Position numbers and translations under genes: made by a program. Shown here one piece after another: positions 29,671-40,163 of a stretch of 64,000 bases of DNA. The notes under the pieces were generated by a model. That model was not told the origin of the DNA. It worked only from the letters and a program-made list of their open reading frames with translations, and searched no databases. The stretch's first letter is position 1. Every line of letters starts with the position of its first letter. The DNA comes from Promethearchaeati archaeon SRVP18_Atabeyarchaeia-1 (GTDB lineage: Archaea > Asgardarchaeota > Atabeyarchaeia > Atabeyarchaeales > Atabeyarchaeaceae), in the NCBI GenBank assembly GCA_037308085.1, contig CP147779.1, positions 1,312,001 through 1,376,000 on the forward strand, in the 5' to 3' direction.

Positions 29671-31803
29671 GTGATGGGTGAATCAAATAAGAGAATAGAA
29701 GCAAGAGTACTATCCTCGCTGGGCATTCAAGATGTATGTGACCCTGTGGCCGCCTTTCGAACTACTCTCACAGCTCTAGCGACGATCTTGAAGGCGCTAG
29801 GCAACTGTAAACTGGGAGATTTCATCTCGAGCACAACTTTCTCCCTTGCACGATCTCTGAGAAGACTTTCCAGTGGTGATCTCGATTCTCTGGAAAGGCA
29901 GGTCGCAGCGGATCAGGAATCCTGTACGGAGGAGGGCATAAGCAGAAATCAAGTGTCGGTTCAGAAGCTGATCAGCTCTCCAATGAGAAAGAGACTTGCA
30001 GCCTACTATACGAAGGCAGCTGGCTTGGAGCTGATGGCCCAGTCAGCTGCAGATTTTGCGACAGGACGACGTGTCCCGATAGTCTTAGCTGATCCTTTCT
30101 TAGGCTCGGGGCTGACGATCACAGCGGCACTGAAGTACCTTGACCTTTCCCATGTGCGCAAGGTTTGGGGTGTGGAGCCACATCCTTTGCCGGCGCTCGT
30201 TGCCTATTCTGCGATCCTTCGTTCGTTGAAAGGAGACTCTGGCAAGATCAATATAGTTGTTGGAGACGTCTTTGAAGAAATGTCTCGTAACCCAACGACT
30301 CCCTCAGTCATTCCGGGGGAGAGGGGCAATGGAGATACTCTGACCGCAGACATTATTGTTACGAACCCGCCATTCACTAGGTGGGAGCTCCTCGGGAGTC
30401 GCTATCGAGGTCTTCTCTGGAGTTTCATGGAGAAGCGGGGGTATGGCAAGTACGTAACCAGAAAACAGCTCAATCTCCAAGTGGCATCTCTCTTCGTGAC
30501 AGATTGCCTTCTCGGAAAGGATGGTTTGCTGGCTTCCGTTCTGCCAGCATCGACATTCTATACCATATATGGCGAGGCAGCCAAGAAGCTACTTGAAGAG
30601 AAATATGAGATAACAGCTCTCGTTGAGAACGATCGCGAGACATCGTTCTCATTTGACAGTGGGCTCAAGGAAGTAATTCTTCTTGCAACAAAGCGAAGAT
30701 CGGCCAAAGCGAACAGGACTGCTTTTGCCAATATTGGTGACGGAGACATCGAAGACATCCGAATAGTCAGTAAGGCCATTATAGAGCGCCGGTCGGAGGA
30801 CAACGGCATAACATGGGTCGACTTGGCTGAGAAATCGATTTTGCCAGATGCGAACTGGTTGGTCTTCTTCGCCAATACCAAGCTTAAAGAAACAATTTCA
30901 AAGATACTTACAGTTGCGTTGAAGAAGGGAACGATTGGGAAATGGGAAACTATCTACGGCAGACAAAGCATTCTTAGAGGCGTGGAGATGTATGGTCCGG
31001 ACTTCTTCTTCATACCAAACCGATATTGGGATGCCGTGGAAGAGAATGGACTGACAGTGGACATTGAAAACCTCGCCGATGAGGTCAAGCTCAGCCTTCC
31101 CAAGGATTGCCTCATTCCAGCTCTGAGAAAACCTTGTCTATACCTTGACGCCATAAGACCGACCGTCAGGCATTACCTCCTGTCCGTTCCCCCAAGACCC
31201 GCCGATGAGTTCCCAGAAGATCTTGCCAAATACATCGCTTGGGGCAAGCGCAAGTCGACAGGTCAACCCGCGATCAAGTTGCTAGGCAGACTCTGGTATA
31301 GCCATGTAAACGAGCAGTTGAAAGTCAAGAACCCGTTTGGCAAAGTCTTCCTTCCGGATAAGGTTGATCCTTCCTTCAGAAATCGTGGCCTATTTGCGTA
31401 CCACTATGAGACCCCTCTTGCAGCTTCAAAGAACTTCCATATTGTGTCGCTTGATGATGACTCGAAGAACAAGCTAATAGCCGCTTGGTTCAATAGCTCA
31501 CTATTCGTGTCTTACTTCATCCTCACGGGAAGAAGGATAACCCGAAGTTGGTCCAGACTCCTCAAGGATGACTATCTGAAAATGCCTACCATCGACCTGA
31601 ACTCACTCGGCAGAAGAGACACAGCAGAACTGGAGAAAGTCTTCGGAAGCATCCTCGAACAGAGACTACCGCCCATGAAGAAGCAGCTCAAGGAGAACTA
31701 CAGACACGAGATTGACAGGATCCTACTCCAGGTAATGGGAATTGAGGATCCAGAGAAGATTCTGACCGAACTGTATTCTGCGCTCGAGCAGAATCTAAAC
31801 TAG
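29671..31803 (+). CDS. N6-adenine DNA methyltransferase (gamma-type, with C-terminal target-recognition region)
   Basis: AYYT (motif X), DPFLGSG (motif I), IVTNPPF (motif IV), and a C-terminal AWFNSSL helix typical of TRD tails. No PD-(D/E)xK nuclease domain evident. Confidence 0.85.
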   Translation: MMGESNKRIEARVLSSLGIQDVCDPVAAFRTTLTALATILKALGNCKLGDFISSTTFSLARSLRRLSSGDLDSLERQVAADQESCTEEGISRNQVSVQKLISSPMRKRLAAYYTKAAGLELMAQSAADFATGRRVPIVLADPFLGSGLTITAALKYLDLSHVRKVWGVEPHPLPALVAYSAILRSLKGDSGKINIVVGDVFEEMSRNPTTPSVIPGERGNGDTLTADIIVTNPPFTRWELLGSRYRGLLWSFMEKRGYGKYVTRKQLNLQVASLFVTDCLLGKDGLLASVLPASTFYTIYGEAAKKLLEEKYEITALVENDRETSFSFDSGLKEVILLATKRRSAKANRTAFANIGDGDIEDIRIVSKAIIERRSEDNGITWVDLAEKSILPDANWLVFFANTKLKETISKILTVALKKGTIGKWETIYGRQSILRGVEMYGPDFFFIPNRYWDAVEENGLTVDIENLADEVKLSLPKDCLIPALRKPCLYLDAIRPTVRHYLLSVPPRPADEFPEDLAKYIAWGKRKSTGQPAIKLLGRLWYSHVNEQLKVKNPFGKVFLPDKVDPSFRNRGLFAYHYETPLAASKNFHIVSLDDDSKNKLIAAWFNSSLFVSYFILTGRRITRSWSRLLKDDYLKMPTIDLNSLGRRDTAELEKVFGSILEQRLPPMKKQLKENYRHEIDRILLQVMGIEDPEKILTELYSALEQNLN

Positions 31804-31934
31804 CCACAACCTCATCGGAGCATAAGGATTCTCTTTGATCTATCTGGATCACGCCCACTTGGAAATTCCCCGCCTGCTGCAACTGCTCCAGTCTATGTTG
31901 GTTTGCATAGGTATAAGTCATACCGATTCTAAGC

Positions 31935-32256
31935 ATACCCGAAAGACTCTGCCCGTTGAGATAGACCCGTATCCTCCTGTATACGCACCCGGGGACAATC
32001 CAGAAGTGGGGCAAAAAGGGGTTAATAAGAGTTCTAGGGACACTCGGTGGAAGGAGAAGGATACCAGAATCCGAGATAGGGAGGGCGCTGAGGTAAGTGC
32101 TGAACGAGGTTAAACTGAGGACGCCCATTGGAGGAACTAGTGGAAGACCTAGTTGCGATAATATCGCGCACTTCTCAGGCAAACTCAACAATCTCGGGAA
32201 CCACAAGTAGAGGGAGGTTGCTGAAGGCGCCAAAAAACCTATTCACTCAGCCATGA
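31935..32256 (+). pseudogene. tnpA: Degenerate IS607 serine transposase (HTH and C-terminus kept, catalytic core deleted)
   Basis: HPGTIQKWGKKGLIRVLGTLGGRRRIPESEI (MerR-like HTH), then EELVEDLVAII / HFSGKL...HK*REVAEGAK with stops and frameshifts; start degraded to ATA. Confidence 0.85.
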
Positions 32257-32281
32257 CCAAGGCGAGGCGCTCAGCAGCCTA

Positions 32282-33496
32282 ATGACTGCCTACAACGCCA
32301 TCCTCAACACCATGCTGCAGGGCATCTGGCAGGCGAGAGAGTGGAGGAAACACCAGATCAAGGGCAAGAAGCAGTGTAGGCTCTACCCGCGATACAGGAA
32401 GGACAACGCCTTCAAGCGCGAGCTGAGAGACACTTGCTTGGGAGGATGGGTCTACGCTGCGCACTGGGTTGACTCCGCCTTGAAGACAGCCTTCAGCATC
32501 ATGGCCTCCTGGAGAAGGAACTACGACAAGGGCGAGAGGAGTAGGACATGCCCACATGTGGGACGGCTCTTCCTGCGGGCAAAGCAGACCCTCCTCAAAC
32601 TCGAAGGCGAGGAACTAAGGATCACCGTGAAGCCACACGAGTTCGTTCACATCGACTTGTCCAGGCGCTACTTCAATCTGCCCCGCAACGTATCCTCCGC
32701 GGGCCTAGGAGAACCCATCATCACACGCGACAGGATACACCTTCCCGTCCACGTGCCGGAAGAGGCTGGGAAGAGGCCCGCCGAGGCGGTGGCGTGGGAC
32801 TCGAACATGCTCAGCATGGACGGCTACAGCCCCGAGACCGGATGGGTGAAGGTCGACACGAGGAGGCTCGCCTCCATCCACATCTCAGCCTTCGAGAAGA
32901 GGCGCAGCGTGCAGAGAAAGGCCTCAAAGTCGAAGAAGGCGAAGAGCACCCTCACAAAATACGGGAGAAGGGAGAGGCACCGCGCCAGGAAGCACCAGAT
33001 GGAGATAGCGAGAGTGATGCGCTCCCTGTCCAGCAGAAACGGCTTCGAGAAACTGCACAAGGAGCGACTATACTCCAAGTCGAGGGTGTGGAACAGGCGA
33101 GTAGCGCGCACGGACTGGCGCGGAATAAGGAGGCTTGCAGGAGGCGTTGAGGTGCCTCCGCAGTTCACTTCGAAGACGTGCTCCAGATGCGGGTGGATAA
33201 ACAAAGACCTAAGAGGAGAGACAGTCTTCGAGTGCGACAACTGCGGTCTTCGGATGGATAGGCAGCTCAACGCAGCCATCAACCTCTACCTGAGGATGGA
33301 GGGCGTTCCCCACGAGAAGGAGCTGTGGGATGCAAGGATCCTGCCAACGCTTCTGAGGGTGGGTGGGTACGCCCTGACGGGGGCGGAGCGGAGGGGTGCC
33401 GATGAACTCGTGAGGCGCCTATATGATGCGGTGAAGCCCCAGATCTACGTGGAATACGATAGGCATGCTGACACATACCTACCTATGCCTACGTAG
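32282..33496 (+). CDS. tnpB: TnpB RNA-guided nuclease (RuvC-III variant DRQ; original N-terminus frameshifted)
   Basis: AWDSN, GFEKL, TSKTCSRCG...FECDNCG..MDRQLNAAINL. The original start is probably TTG 32218, separated by a +1 insertion. Confidence 0.88.
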   Translation: MTAYNAILNTMLQGIWQAREWRKHQIKGKKQCRLYPRYRKDNAFKRELRDTCLGGWVYAAHWVDSALKTAFSIMASWRRNYDKGERSRTCPHVGRLFLRAKQTLLKLEGEELRITVKPHEFVHIDLSRRYFNLPRNVSSAGLGEPIITRDRIHLPVHVPEEAGKRPAEAVAWDSNMLSMDGYSPETGWVKVDTRRLASIHISAFEKRRSVQRKASKSKKAKSTLTKYGRRERHRARKHQMEIARVMRSLSSRNGFEKLHKERLYSKSRVWNRRVARTDWRGIRRLAGGVEVPPQFTSKTCSRCGWINKDLRGETVFECDNCGLRMDRQLNAAINLYLRMEGVPHEKELWDARILPTLLRVGGYALTGAERRGADELVRRLYDAVKPQIYVEYDRHADTYLPMPT

Positions 33497-33525
33497 ATTG
33501 AAACCCCTTTCGCCAAATGATTATT
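33350..33525 (+). ncRNA. Predicted omega/reRNA overlapping the tnpB 3' end plus flanking guide
   Basis: Inferred from the established TnpB architecture; G-rich tail after RuvC-III running to the element end. Boundaries approximate. Confidence 0.4.
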
Positions 33526-35387
33526 GATTCTTCCTTTATCCTGTTGCCTGCTTCTATCTTGGAGATGTTGTGAGGCAACTCGTATTCGAGCGTGAACCCA
33601 GCCTGTTCTCCGATGTCTATGAGGGCTTGTGCACCATCCAGTTGCACATTTCTATTACCCAGTTTCCAATGATGATACTTGCCGACCACAAAGATAGTTC
33701 TTCTTCCCTCATTCAGCGCTTCAAAAAAAGCGTGAAGACAGTCACTCATATCATTCAGGTAGTGGAGCACGATTCTTGCCTTCTTCTCTCTTCCTACGCG
33801 CAATAGTTCCCGAATAATTAGCTGGCTCGAATCGGGCAAAAGATCATACAGAAAGAGGTCGGCGTCGCTCGCGGCCCTCTTCCTCGACCCAATGATCCCA
33901 TCTTGAAGTCGCCCGTCTTCCACATCTAGCCCAAGGAGGGCAATAGGCAGACTAGAGGAGTCGTGGTAGTCAAGCGCATCGAAATATGGCGGGGAGGTGA
34001 CTATCCCATCAACCTTGCCATCTAAAACCGTGTTCACGCTCCAAGCAGTATTCGTGAATAGCGTACATCTGCCCTTCACATGGACCCCCAGATCAGACAG
34101 GATCTTCTGCGAAGCATAGGCGTACAAATAGAAATCCACGGCATCCCTGATGAAATCGTGCGCCATCGCCTTGTTCTTCTTCTGCTTCGAAGAGAGACCC
34201 ACAATTGAACGGCTAAGCATGGTGTACAGGAAGTCCTTAATTAAAGGGTCGCTGGACAGTTCATCGATTCTATCCTTTATCGAGAGTATCTGGAAGACCG
34301 CAGCCCCATTACCTAGTACCCTCGTCTTATCCTTGGTCTCCAAACGAGCAAGAGTTTCGTCTAGCCTCGCGTCGTTGTTCGAACTGACTGGTTCTCCATT
34401 ATCCAGCTTGAGAATGGCTTGCCTCAGATCTGTCAATGGGATGTTGACGAGGTTGCACTTCACTCGCGATATCATGGTCGAAAGAGGGTTTATGTCTATA
34501 CCAACCGCGTTGATGTCCAGAAAAGGTGCGTCAGCCAAAAATGTTCCTGAGCCGCAAAACGGATCAAGGACTGTGCAACCTTCTTCGACTCCCAACATAT
34601 TGAGACACGATCTTGCTAGCCAAGGATCGGCTTTTCCCTCATGCTTATGGATGAAATGAAGGCCCCATGTGCGAAAGTCTGAGAAAGCCCAGTCCACGTA
34701 GTCGCCAATATGATCCTTGAATAAGCCAAGCCAAGGCATCCTCTTGACTCCAAGTCTCAGGTGCTGAAGCAGTTCGTCTAGTCCCTTCTCAACTCCCTTT
34801 TCCATCTTCTCGAGTTTCTCACCGAGATCCGTGAATTGCCGAGTGAACGTGACATAGGGTAGCTTAACAACTTCTGAAGCATACTCCAGCAACGTCTGGA
34901 TAGGAGTCGAAAGAACCGTGGTCAAGTAGGATTCATCATCAAGCCTCTGGTTGAAGACTTGGACGCTGGGCGAGATGTCAATGAACCTATTTTCATCATA
35001 AGTGCCTCGTTCCTGAGGATCGCTCGAGCCAAGCGCGACCGCGACTTCGGGGAGCTCGTCCTCCGAAGTCAGCAGAACTGCATAGATCTCCCTTAGATAA
35101 GTCGCGCCCTTCGCGAGCTTGACCAGGCTTTGGAGACTACGAAGACCAGCAATGAAGCCATGCACTCTCCCCAGATAGAGTAGCCTCGTCATGCGGTCAA
35201 TGATCCTATCATCTAGGCTGGAGAATGGATACTTTCGGAACAGGGTCGGAAGAACCTCGAGATCTGTAACAGAGGTTCCCAGTATCTGCTCTGTCTCCCT
35301 TCTCGCAAGATCGACTTTGCTCTCGACCCTGATGTCATGTTTGAGCTTGCAAATACAGTATGCTTCCCGCAAGAAGAGATCCTCCAC
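33489..35387 (-). CDS. N4-cytosine (SPPY-type) DNA methyltransferase with long N-terminal extension; C-terminus probably clipped by the IS
   Basis: HFIHKHEGK, VLDPFCGSGT, GIDINP, IVTSPPYF, IFVVG and EESIIIWRK motifs. Confidence 0.85.
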   Translation of the reverse strand: MEDLFLREAYCICKLKHDIRVESKVDLARRETEQILGTSVTDLEVLPTLFRKYPFSSLDDRIIDRMTRLLYLGRVHGFIAGLRSLQSLVKLAKGATYLREIYAVLLTSEDELPEVAVALGSSDPQERGTYDENRFIDISPSVQVFNQRLDDESYLTTVLSTPIQTLLEYASEVVKLPYVTFTRQFTDLGEKLEKMEKGVEKGLDELLQHLRLGVKRMPWLGLFKDHIGDYVDWAFSDFRTWGLHFIHKHEGKADPWLARSCLNMLGVEEGCTVLDPFCGSGTFLADAPFLDINAVGIDINPLSTMISRVKCNLVNIPLTDLRQAILKLDNGEPVSSNNDARLDETLARLETKDKTRVLGNGAAVFQILSIKDRIDELSSDPLIKDFLYTMLSRSIVGLSSKQKKNKAMAHDFIRDAVDFYLYAYASQKILSDLGVHVKGRCTLFTNTAWSVNTVLDGKVDGIVTSPPYFDALDYHDSSSLPIALLGLDVEDGRLQDGIIGSRKRAASDADLFLYDLLPDSSQLIIRELLRVGREKKARIVLHYLNDMSDCLHAFFEALNEGRRTIFVVGKYHHWKLGNRNVQLDGAQALIDIGEQAGFTLEYELPHNISKIEAGNRIKEESIIIWRKGFQST

Positions 35388-35593
35388 TCCGAAATGCGCT
35401 CCCTGTTTCTAGTTTGACTTGTGAACAATCGGTTATTGGATAACGGCATACATAACTCTACCGAGGATAATGGAGATTTGGTAACAAACTCTATCTACAA
35501 TCCTTATTATCGTGCGGATGAACCGTACGCTTACAGAGAAAAGTCAAAAAGCAACCATCAGCAACTAGTGTGTAGCGGAAGGAGAATCCACAC

Positions 35594-38068
35594 ATGCCCA
35601 AGGAGAAAAAAGTGATCAGAATAGGTGGCATGCACTGCGCAAGCTGCGCTCAGACAATAGAGCGAGGCCTAAAGAAGGAGCCGGGGATAGTCAATGCTAG
35701 CGTAAGCTACGCGACAGAGAAAGCTATCATTGAGTATGATCCATCAAGGGTAAATCTGCAGAGGATCGGAAAGGTCATAAAAGACGCAGGATATGAACCT
35801 CTTGACATCTCGGAGAAAGGTGAAGAGAAAACTAGAAAGGTCATAATGAGAATCACTGGGATGCACTGCGCCTCCTGCTCAGCCACTGTGGAGAGAAGTC
35901 TGAAGAAACTCCAAGGTGTGAAATCAGCCAACGTCAACATAACAACTGAAAAAGCAGTAGTGGAATATTATCCAAAAAGGGTCTCAATGCCTGATCTTAG
36001 AAGAGCAATTGAGAAAGCTGGTTATGGGGTCGCCTCGGAGGAAGAGGTTGACATTTCCGTGGAGGAAATGAAGCGTGCCCGGAGAAGGATGATTGTGGCA
36101 TGGCTCTTCACCGTACCGATCATTTCGTGGATGATCCCAGACATGGTCTTTGGAATCTCCTGGCCGGACGCGATTATCTACAATCTGGGTATCATACTGC
36201 TCGCAGCACCAGTAATCTTTGGCGCTGGCTTCGCGACTCTTCGTTCCGCTTCTAAATCAATTATCCACAGGGACGCAAACATGGACGTCCTAATAATGAT
36301 GGGAACCACAATATCCTTTCTGACAGGTCCCCCCTACTTTTTCACGTCGATTTGGAACTATGCCGGAGTAGGAGGGATGATCATGTCTTTTCACCTCACT
36401 GGCAGATACGTGGAGGCCAAGGCGAGGGGAAAAACCTCACAGGCGATTCAGCGCCTCATGAAACTCGAAGCCAAGTCCGCCAGAATCCTGGTCCGTGGAA
36501 AAGAAAAGGAGGTGCCAATCAATGAGGTGAAAGTTGGAGACGTCATGATCGTCCGACCAGGGGAGAAGGTGCCGACTGACGGCCTAGTCATCGATGGCGA
36601 AAGTTCCGTTGACGAATCTATGGCGACTGGCGAATCCATGCCAACGACGAAGAGAGCTGGCGATCAAGTAATCGGTGCAACCGTAAACCAAGAAGGTCTG
36701 CTGAAAGTGAGGGCTACAAAGATTGGAGCAGATACATTCCTCTCACAGGTGATAAGAATGGTTGAGGAAGCCCAAGGAACCAAAGTCCCCATTCAAGAGT
36801 TCGCGGACAAAGTCACGAGATACTTCGTTCCCACGATTCTGCTAATAGCCCTCTCGACCTTCATCCTATGGATGGCAATCCCGCACGTCATGGATGTGGT
36901 GGCCACCTTGGCAAAGCCATTCTTGGGCTGGATTCAGCTAGGTCAGCCAACTTTCATGCTCGCGATCTTCGCCACCGTCGCGACTCTCGTTATCGCATGT
37001 CCCTGTGCGCTGGGCTTGGCGACTCCTACGGCGCTCATGGTTGGGACTGGAATGGGCGCTGAGCATGGTATCCTCATAAGAAAAGGCGATGCCATACAGA
37101 CGATGCGGGAAGTGAAAGCTATAATTCTTGACAAAACTGGAACCCTCACAAAAGGGAAACCTGAGGTAACAGATGTTGTATTTCTCGACACAGATCTCAG
37201 GGGCGAAGAGAAAGTCCTCTACTACGCAGCAAGCGTAGAGCAGGGCTCTGAACACCCCTTAGCCCAAGCAGTCGTTGAGAAGGCAAAAGAAAAGAAGATC
37301 AAGTTAGACCTCCCCAAGTCCTTCAAGGCGATAAGTGGAATGGGAGTACAAGGCTTCGTGAATGGTGACGAGGTTCTGGTCGGGAAGCCAGAAATGCTCG
37401 GATCCAATGCCATGACTGCTAAAGCTGACAAAGTATTTGGGAAACTCCAAAAACAAGCCAAGACAACTGTGGTTGTGGCAGTGAACAAGAAACCGGTTGG
37501 CATAATAGCCATCGCGGATACCCTCAAAGAAGATAGCGCAGACGCCATACGGGATATAGAGAGAATGGGGCTGAAAGCGATTATGCTGACAGGCGACAAC
37601 AAGAGAACCGCTAAGGCGATAGCAAAACAGGTAGGGATAAGCGAAGTCTACGCGGAGGTCATGCCAGACGAGAAGGTTGGCGTTGTCAAGAAAGCGCAGG
37701 AAGAATACGGTACAGTGGCAATGGTGGGCGACGGCATAAATGACGCGGCTGCAATAACTCAGGCAAATGTTGGCGTGGCTATTGGCACAGGAACAGACAT
37801 CGCCATAGAAGCTGGCGATATAATCCTAGTTAAAGGCGATTTGTCAGGGCTGCTTAGTGCAATTAAACTATCAAAAGCCACCTTCAGGAAGATTAGGCAG
37901 AACCTTTTCTGGGCACTCATCTATAATGTTGTAATGATACCACTAGCCATCCTGGGTCTACTGCACCCTGTATTGGCGGAGGTATCCATGGCTCTGAGCT
38001 CAATAACGGTAGTTGGAAACGCTAACCTATTAAGGAGAGCGAGCATATCCCCAACATACTCAAAGTAG
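35594..38068 (+). CDS. copA: Copper-exporting P1B-type ATPase
   Basis: Two GMHCASC HMA domains, [36 protein letters not shown] and M..SS motifs. Confidence 0.95.
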   Translation: MPKEKKVIRIGGMHCASCAQTIERGLKKEPGIVNASVSYATEKAIIEYDPSRVNLQRIGKVIKDAGYEPLDISEKGEEKTRKVIMRITGMHCASCSATVERSLKKLQGVKSANVNITTEKAVVEYYPKRVSMPDLRRAIEKAGYGVASEEEVDISVEEMKRARRRMIVAWLFTVPIISWMIPDMVFGISWPDAIIYNLGIILLAAPVIFGAGFATLRSASKSIIHRDANMDVLIMMGTTISFLTGPPYFFTSIWNYAGVGGMIMSFHLTGRYVEAKARGKTSQAIQRLMKLEAKSARILVRGKEKEVPINEVKVGDVMIVRPGEKVPTDGLVIDGESSVDESMATGESMPTTKRAGDQVIGATVNQEGLLKVRATKIGADTFLSQVIRMVEEAQGTKVPIQEFADKVTRYFVPTILLIALSTFILWMAIPHVMDVVATLAKPFLGWIQLGQPTFMLAIFATVATLVIACPCALGLATPTALMVGTGMGAEHGILIRKGDAIQTMREVKAIILDKTGTLTKGKPEVTDVVFLDTDLRGEEKVLYYAASVEQGSEHPLAQAVVEKAKEKKIKLDLPKSFKAISGMGVQGFVNGDEVLVGKPEMLGSNAMTAKADKVFGKLQKQAKTTVVVAVNKKPVGIIAIADTLKEDSADAIRDIERMGLKAIMLTGDNKRTAKAIAKQVGISEVYAEVMPDEKVGVVKKAQEEYGTVAMVGDGINDAAAITQANVGVAIGTGTDIAIEAGDIILVKGDLSGLLSAIKLSKATFRKIRQNLFWALIYNVVMIPLAILGLLHPVLAEVSMALSSITVVGNANLLRRASISPTYSK

Positions 38069-38180
38069 AAATACTTGAGACGCGCTAGAGGAATTCGGTC
38101 AGAAAACAAGACTCAGGCGGAGCGATGGCCGAGACTTGTGCAGATGGTTTCTTGAGAAAGGGATAGGGAGGTGAAACGGC

Positions 38181-38327
38181 ATGGCGAGAGACCCAGTCTG
38201 CGGCATGGAAGTCAAAGAGAGAACCGCTAAGTTCAAGTCCCAATACAAGGACAAGACCTACTACTTCTGTGCAAAAGGATGCAAAGACAGATTCGATTCG
38301 GAACCACAGAAATACATTAAGAAATAA
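38181..38327 (+). CDS. YHS/TRASH-domain metallochaperone (48 aa, not in ORF track)
   Basis: MARDPVCGMEV...YKDKTYYFCAKGCKDRFDSEPQKY; GGAGGTGA RBS. Confidence 0.92.
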   Translation: MARDPVCGMEVKERTAKFKSQYKDKTYYFCAKGCKDRFDSEPQKYIKK

Positions 38328-38479
38328 GAAACTGGCATGACCACAATCTAGTACACACCTCTCTTATCCGAGTTCCGAACCTCCTTTCTACTTTTTTCTT
38401 GCTAGGTTTCTATCAATACCTTCCACGTACTCGGTAGAACCCCAATTGCGATTCGGAGCAATCAGCGAGATGGGCAATT

Positions 38480-39334
38480 ATGGATGCAAAGCTACGTGCA
38501 AAATATGAGAAGCTGAAAAGTTTTATTCGGGAGAAAGGCGGGGATGGGGCAATAGTCGCCTTCTCCGGCGGAGTGGACAGCTCGACACTAGCTGCGGTCT
38601 GCCTCGAAATACTGGGAGACAGAGTTGCCGCCGTAACAGCAAAATCAGCAACCTACCCATGCGAGGAACTTGACGAAGCGAAGAAAGTCGCGAAGGAAAT
38701 CGGGGTCAAGCACTGCATCGTGGAGACAAACGAGCTTTCAAACGAAGACTTCTTGAGAAACCCCGAGAACAGGTGCTACTACTGCAAAAGCGAACTGCTA
38801 GACGTGTTCAAAGACTCCGCAGCCAGACTCGGGTTCAGAGTCATCTTTGAAGGCACCAACTACAGCGATCTGAGTGGGCACAGACCGGGATTTAAGGCAG
38901 TCAAAGAAAGAGAGTACGTCTTAAGCCCGTGGGTCGAAGCGAAGTTCAAGAAGGAAGACATCAGACAACTTGCGCGCGAACTCGGACTGTCTGTTCATGA
39001 TAGACCTGCATCACCCTGTCTGGCCTCAAGAATACCCTTCGGACAGCGGATCACGGAAGAACGCCTTAGGAGAGTTGAAGCGGCAGAGAAGGCAATAAGA
39101 GAAATCGTAGAAGTGAAAGAACTACGTGTTCGAGACCATGATGGCTTGGCGAGAATCGAAGTGGGGAGGAATGAGCGTGATCTTCTTTTCGATGCAAAGA
39201 TCATGGATCGAATAGCAGAGCAACTAGAAAAGCTTGGGTTCAAATTCGTGACAATGGACATGGCCGGATACAAGACAGGCAGCATGCTCAAGCTCGTCGA
39301 GAAGCAGACTCACGACAGCAGGCATCTTACCTGA
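38480..39334 (+). CDS. larE: ATP-dependent sacrificial sulfur transferase LarE-like
   Basis: AFSGGVDS PP-loop, RCYYCK, HRPG, PCLASRIPFG, LRVRDH, GYKTGSM. Confidence 0.9.
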   Translation: MDAKLRAKYEKLKSFIREKGGDGAIVAFSGGVDSSTLAAVCLEILGDRVAAVTAKSATYPCEELDEAKKVAKEIGVKHCIVETNELSNEDFLRNPENRCYYCKSELLDVFKDSAARLGFRVIFEGTNYSDLSGHRPGFKAVKEREYVLSPWVEAKFKKEDIRQLARELGLSVHDRPASPCLASRIPFGQRITEERLRRVEAAEKAIREIVEVKELRVRDHDGLARIEVGRNERDLLFDAKIMDRIAEQLEKLGFKFVTMDMAGYKTGSMLKLVEKQTHDSRHLT

Positions 39335-39362
39335 AACTGGGGTCGAAGACAGATGTCCAATC

Positions 39363-40157
39363 TCACCTTGCGCTTGGCTTCTCGCCCATGAATAAGCCAA
39401 GGTTTATGAGCGACCTGAAAGAGCGCGTTGTCAGGTGTCTGAATCCACTTTTTTCAATAAGCCTTGTCCAGTACTCCTTGGGCTTCCAGACGAGGGCGAA
39501 CAATAGGACGGACAGCGCCAGCTTTTTGTTTCTCAGAATTTCAACTGTCGCAAACTTGCCGCCCGGTTTAAGAACTCGATAGACCTCCCGCAGAGCTTTC
39601 TCCTTATCCTGTTCTCTGTGTAGTTCATGTGGCACGGAGCCCATGGTTACAAGATCAAATGTGCTATCTTCAAAAGGTATTCTCAAGGCATTTCCGTATC
39701 TGAAGTCCACCTTTTCGGCTACACCTTCCGCATTTGCATTCTTCATGGCAGTATCGGGCGACCTGCCGCTAACGCCCCCAAAAATATCAATGCCCACCAC
39801 TCTACCCTTTTGGAGTCTTTTCGCCAAACTTATGGACACTCTTCCAGTTCCACATCCAACATCGAGCACCATTTCATTCCCCTGCAATGCCGACAGATCT
39901 GCAATCCTTGACCAGTTGTCCCCATGCCGCTTCGCTTTGAAGGCTTTCTCATAGAGAAATATGTAAGCAACGCCAATGTATAATCCGACAAAGGCAACAG
40001 GCGCCCCAAGCAGTACTAGCACCCACTTGACAGGAGGACCTAACGAGAGCAATGAGGGGGTAACTGCCAAAGCCAACCCGATGAGGCCTATTATTGCCAT
40101 GGAGGCAAAATACCTCCAAGCTACAAAACCATAACTGGGCTTTCCAGACGAATCCAA
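39363..40157 (-). CDS. Membrane-anchored class I SAM-dependent methyltransferase
   Basis: Two N-terminal TM helices, VLDVGCGTG, PFEDSTFDLV, VLKPGG. Confidence 0.88.
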   Translation of the reverse strand: MDSSGKPSYGFVAWRYFASMAIIGLIGLALAVTPSLLSLGPPVKWVLVLLGAPVAFVGLYIGVAYIFLYEKAFKAKRHGDNWSRIADLSALQGNEMVLDVGCGTGRVSISLAKRLQKGRVVGIDIFGGVSGRSPDTAMKNANAEGVAEKVDFRYGNALRIPFEDSTFDLVTMGSVPHELHREQDKEKALREVYRVLKPGGKFATVEILRNKKLALSVLLFALVWKPKEYWTRLIEKSGFRHLTTRSFRSLINLGLFMGEKPSAR

Positions 40158-40163
40158 TGTAGT

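Larger units (their letters stand above)
31868..33507 (+). mobile_element. IS607-family element (degenerate tnpA + tnpB)
   Basis: tnpA remnants then tnpB; bounded by CCCC at 31868-31871 and 33504-33507 (GG on the other strand, the IS607 crossover dinucleotide). Confidence 0.8.

Noticed and set aside
31688-32233. 181-aa minus-strand ORF between the MTases (possible restriction enzyme)
   Set aside because: It is mostly the antisense of the degenerate tnpA and IS left end; no PD-(D/E)xK or HNH motif.
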